A stretch of 63,989 nt of DNA, filler included, from Phoronis australis (Eukaryota > Animalia > Phoronida), in assembly GCA_002633005.1 (NCBI GenBank). It is 9 parts of 9 records of this genome, joined end to end, with 100 filler letters (N's around TTAATTAATTAA, not from the genome) between each part and the next. Parts side by side here need not be neighbours in the genome. Positions count along the whole stretch, not along the records: positions 62,437 to 63,989 come from NMRA01002484.1; 8 more parts are not named here. The stretch is one strand, 5' to 3'. Below are positions 62,901-63,989 of this stretch, piece after piece. Both the position numbers and the translations under genes were made by a program. Every line of letters starts with the position of its first letter. The first letter of the stretch is position 1. Below the pieces are notes generated by a model that was not told the DNA's origin, did no database searches, and saw nothing but the letters and a program-made list of their open reading frames with translations.

Positions 62901-63989
62901 AGCGTTTTCAAGTAGTGCAAAAACACTCATCGATTCCACCAGGAACGTCATTTAGCGACAGTGTATTTGCCTCTGACATCTCATTCGATTGTCGGGTACC
63001 ACGTGACTTTTCGCATAGGGGCGGAGCTTGCGAGAGGTCGCGATGCACTCTCTCAATAAGTTTTTACACTCGCGGCGTGCTGGTGAACCGGTCCGACGGG
63101 ATTAAGTTACTTGGGAAATAAAATTGAACTCGGTCGAGCAGTTTCAAACATGCAACACGAACTCATGATTTACATTAATTACTTTCTTATTACATGAATC
63201 TCTCCTAATTCATTACTGACTTTACCAATTTTCTGCGCAGTAGTCGTGTCAAATATTGTTTGAGTCTTGACACTGACAGGTTTTCTTTTCAAGGAGTAAA
63301 AGCCCCGGACTACACCAAGGAGAACGAGTTTGTGATCTATTTTTAAATTAAAAAATGTCACGTCGCTACATGTCGCAAGTGTAAAAGTTATTGGGACGCG
63401 TTTGAGGAAGAACGCCAAATTTTCCAACACTGTTACATAATTTAGTTTGCTCAAGGAAAAGTGTAGGTTTTAATGACAAAAATTTTGTGTCAGATTTTAT
63501 TTGGTTCCTTTTTTACCCACATGCATTGTCACAAAGCTGTAAACTTAGTACACAGCTTTTACACCAAGGCTAGAACAGAAAGATTTTAATTTAGAAAGAT
63601 TTTAATTTGGAGATTGTGTTACACGCATACTACAAATGGTTCCATGGTGATGGCTAAGTATTTTTTTCATGAATATATCCGTGACTTTCATGAACTTTGC
63701 AGGTTAACAACCTTAATAAAATTATCTTTCAATAAATCCATTTATCGTAATCTATTTTGCCCGGGGTACGCCACGAGCTATGTTGCAGAGTAAAACAAGA
63801 GGAGGATTGCGAATGTTGTCATTTATTATGACGTAATAGATAAAACTAACTAAGACTCTGTAAGATGGGCATGCAAAAAACGCCCACAGGCGTGTACAAT
63901 GAATAGCCCTGCAAGAGGGAACAAAACAAAAAAACTGCCTGAAGGGCTTAAAGGAAAAGTATAGAACATGAAAACAAAACTTGAAAAAA

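Overview
AT-rich, intron-containing animal genomic DNA, most consistent with a marine invertebrate; the taxon cannot be fixed from the sequence. The assembly is fragmented: two sized N-gaps plus eight artificial 100-bp N44-TTAATTAATTAA-N44 linkers. Most of the window is nested, decayed transposable elements: Academ-type DNA transposons with TAG..CTA ends and 3-bp TSDs (one with an XPG/FEN1-like nuclease remnant), a pogo/Tc1-like element, a Helentron/DINE-like insertion, a Penelope-like element with a hammerhead ribozyme, an Ngaro/DIRS-like SGNH hydrolase ORF, CR1/L2 and Tx1/L1 LINE remnants, three Gypsy LTR fragments, MITEs and mini/microsatellites. Host-gene content, all on the minus strand: a multi-exon stop-riddled pseudogene ending in an MBT repeat (about 4.6-17 kb, perhaps to 21.5 kb) that the ORF track misses, two intact FN3 exons, the last exon of MTHFS, and the first coding exon of a type II membrane protein. 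There are no prokaryotic systems, CRISPR arrays, rRNA or tRNA genes. I found no clearly new biological system; the best leads are the MBT gene with an unrecognised N-terminal region and the nested Academ-like elements. All calls are manual translations and alignments, not database results.
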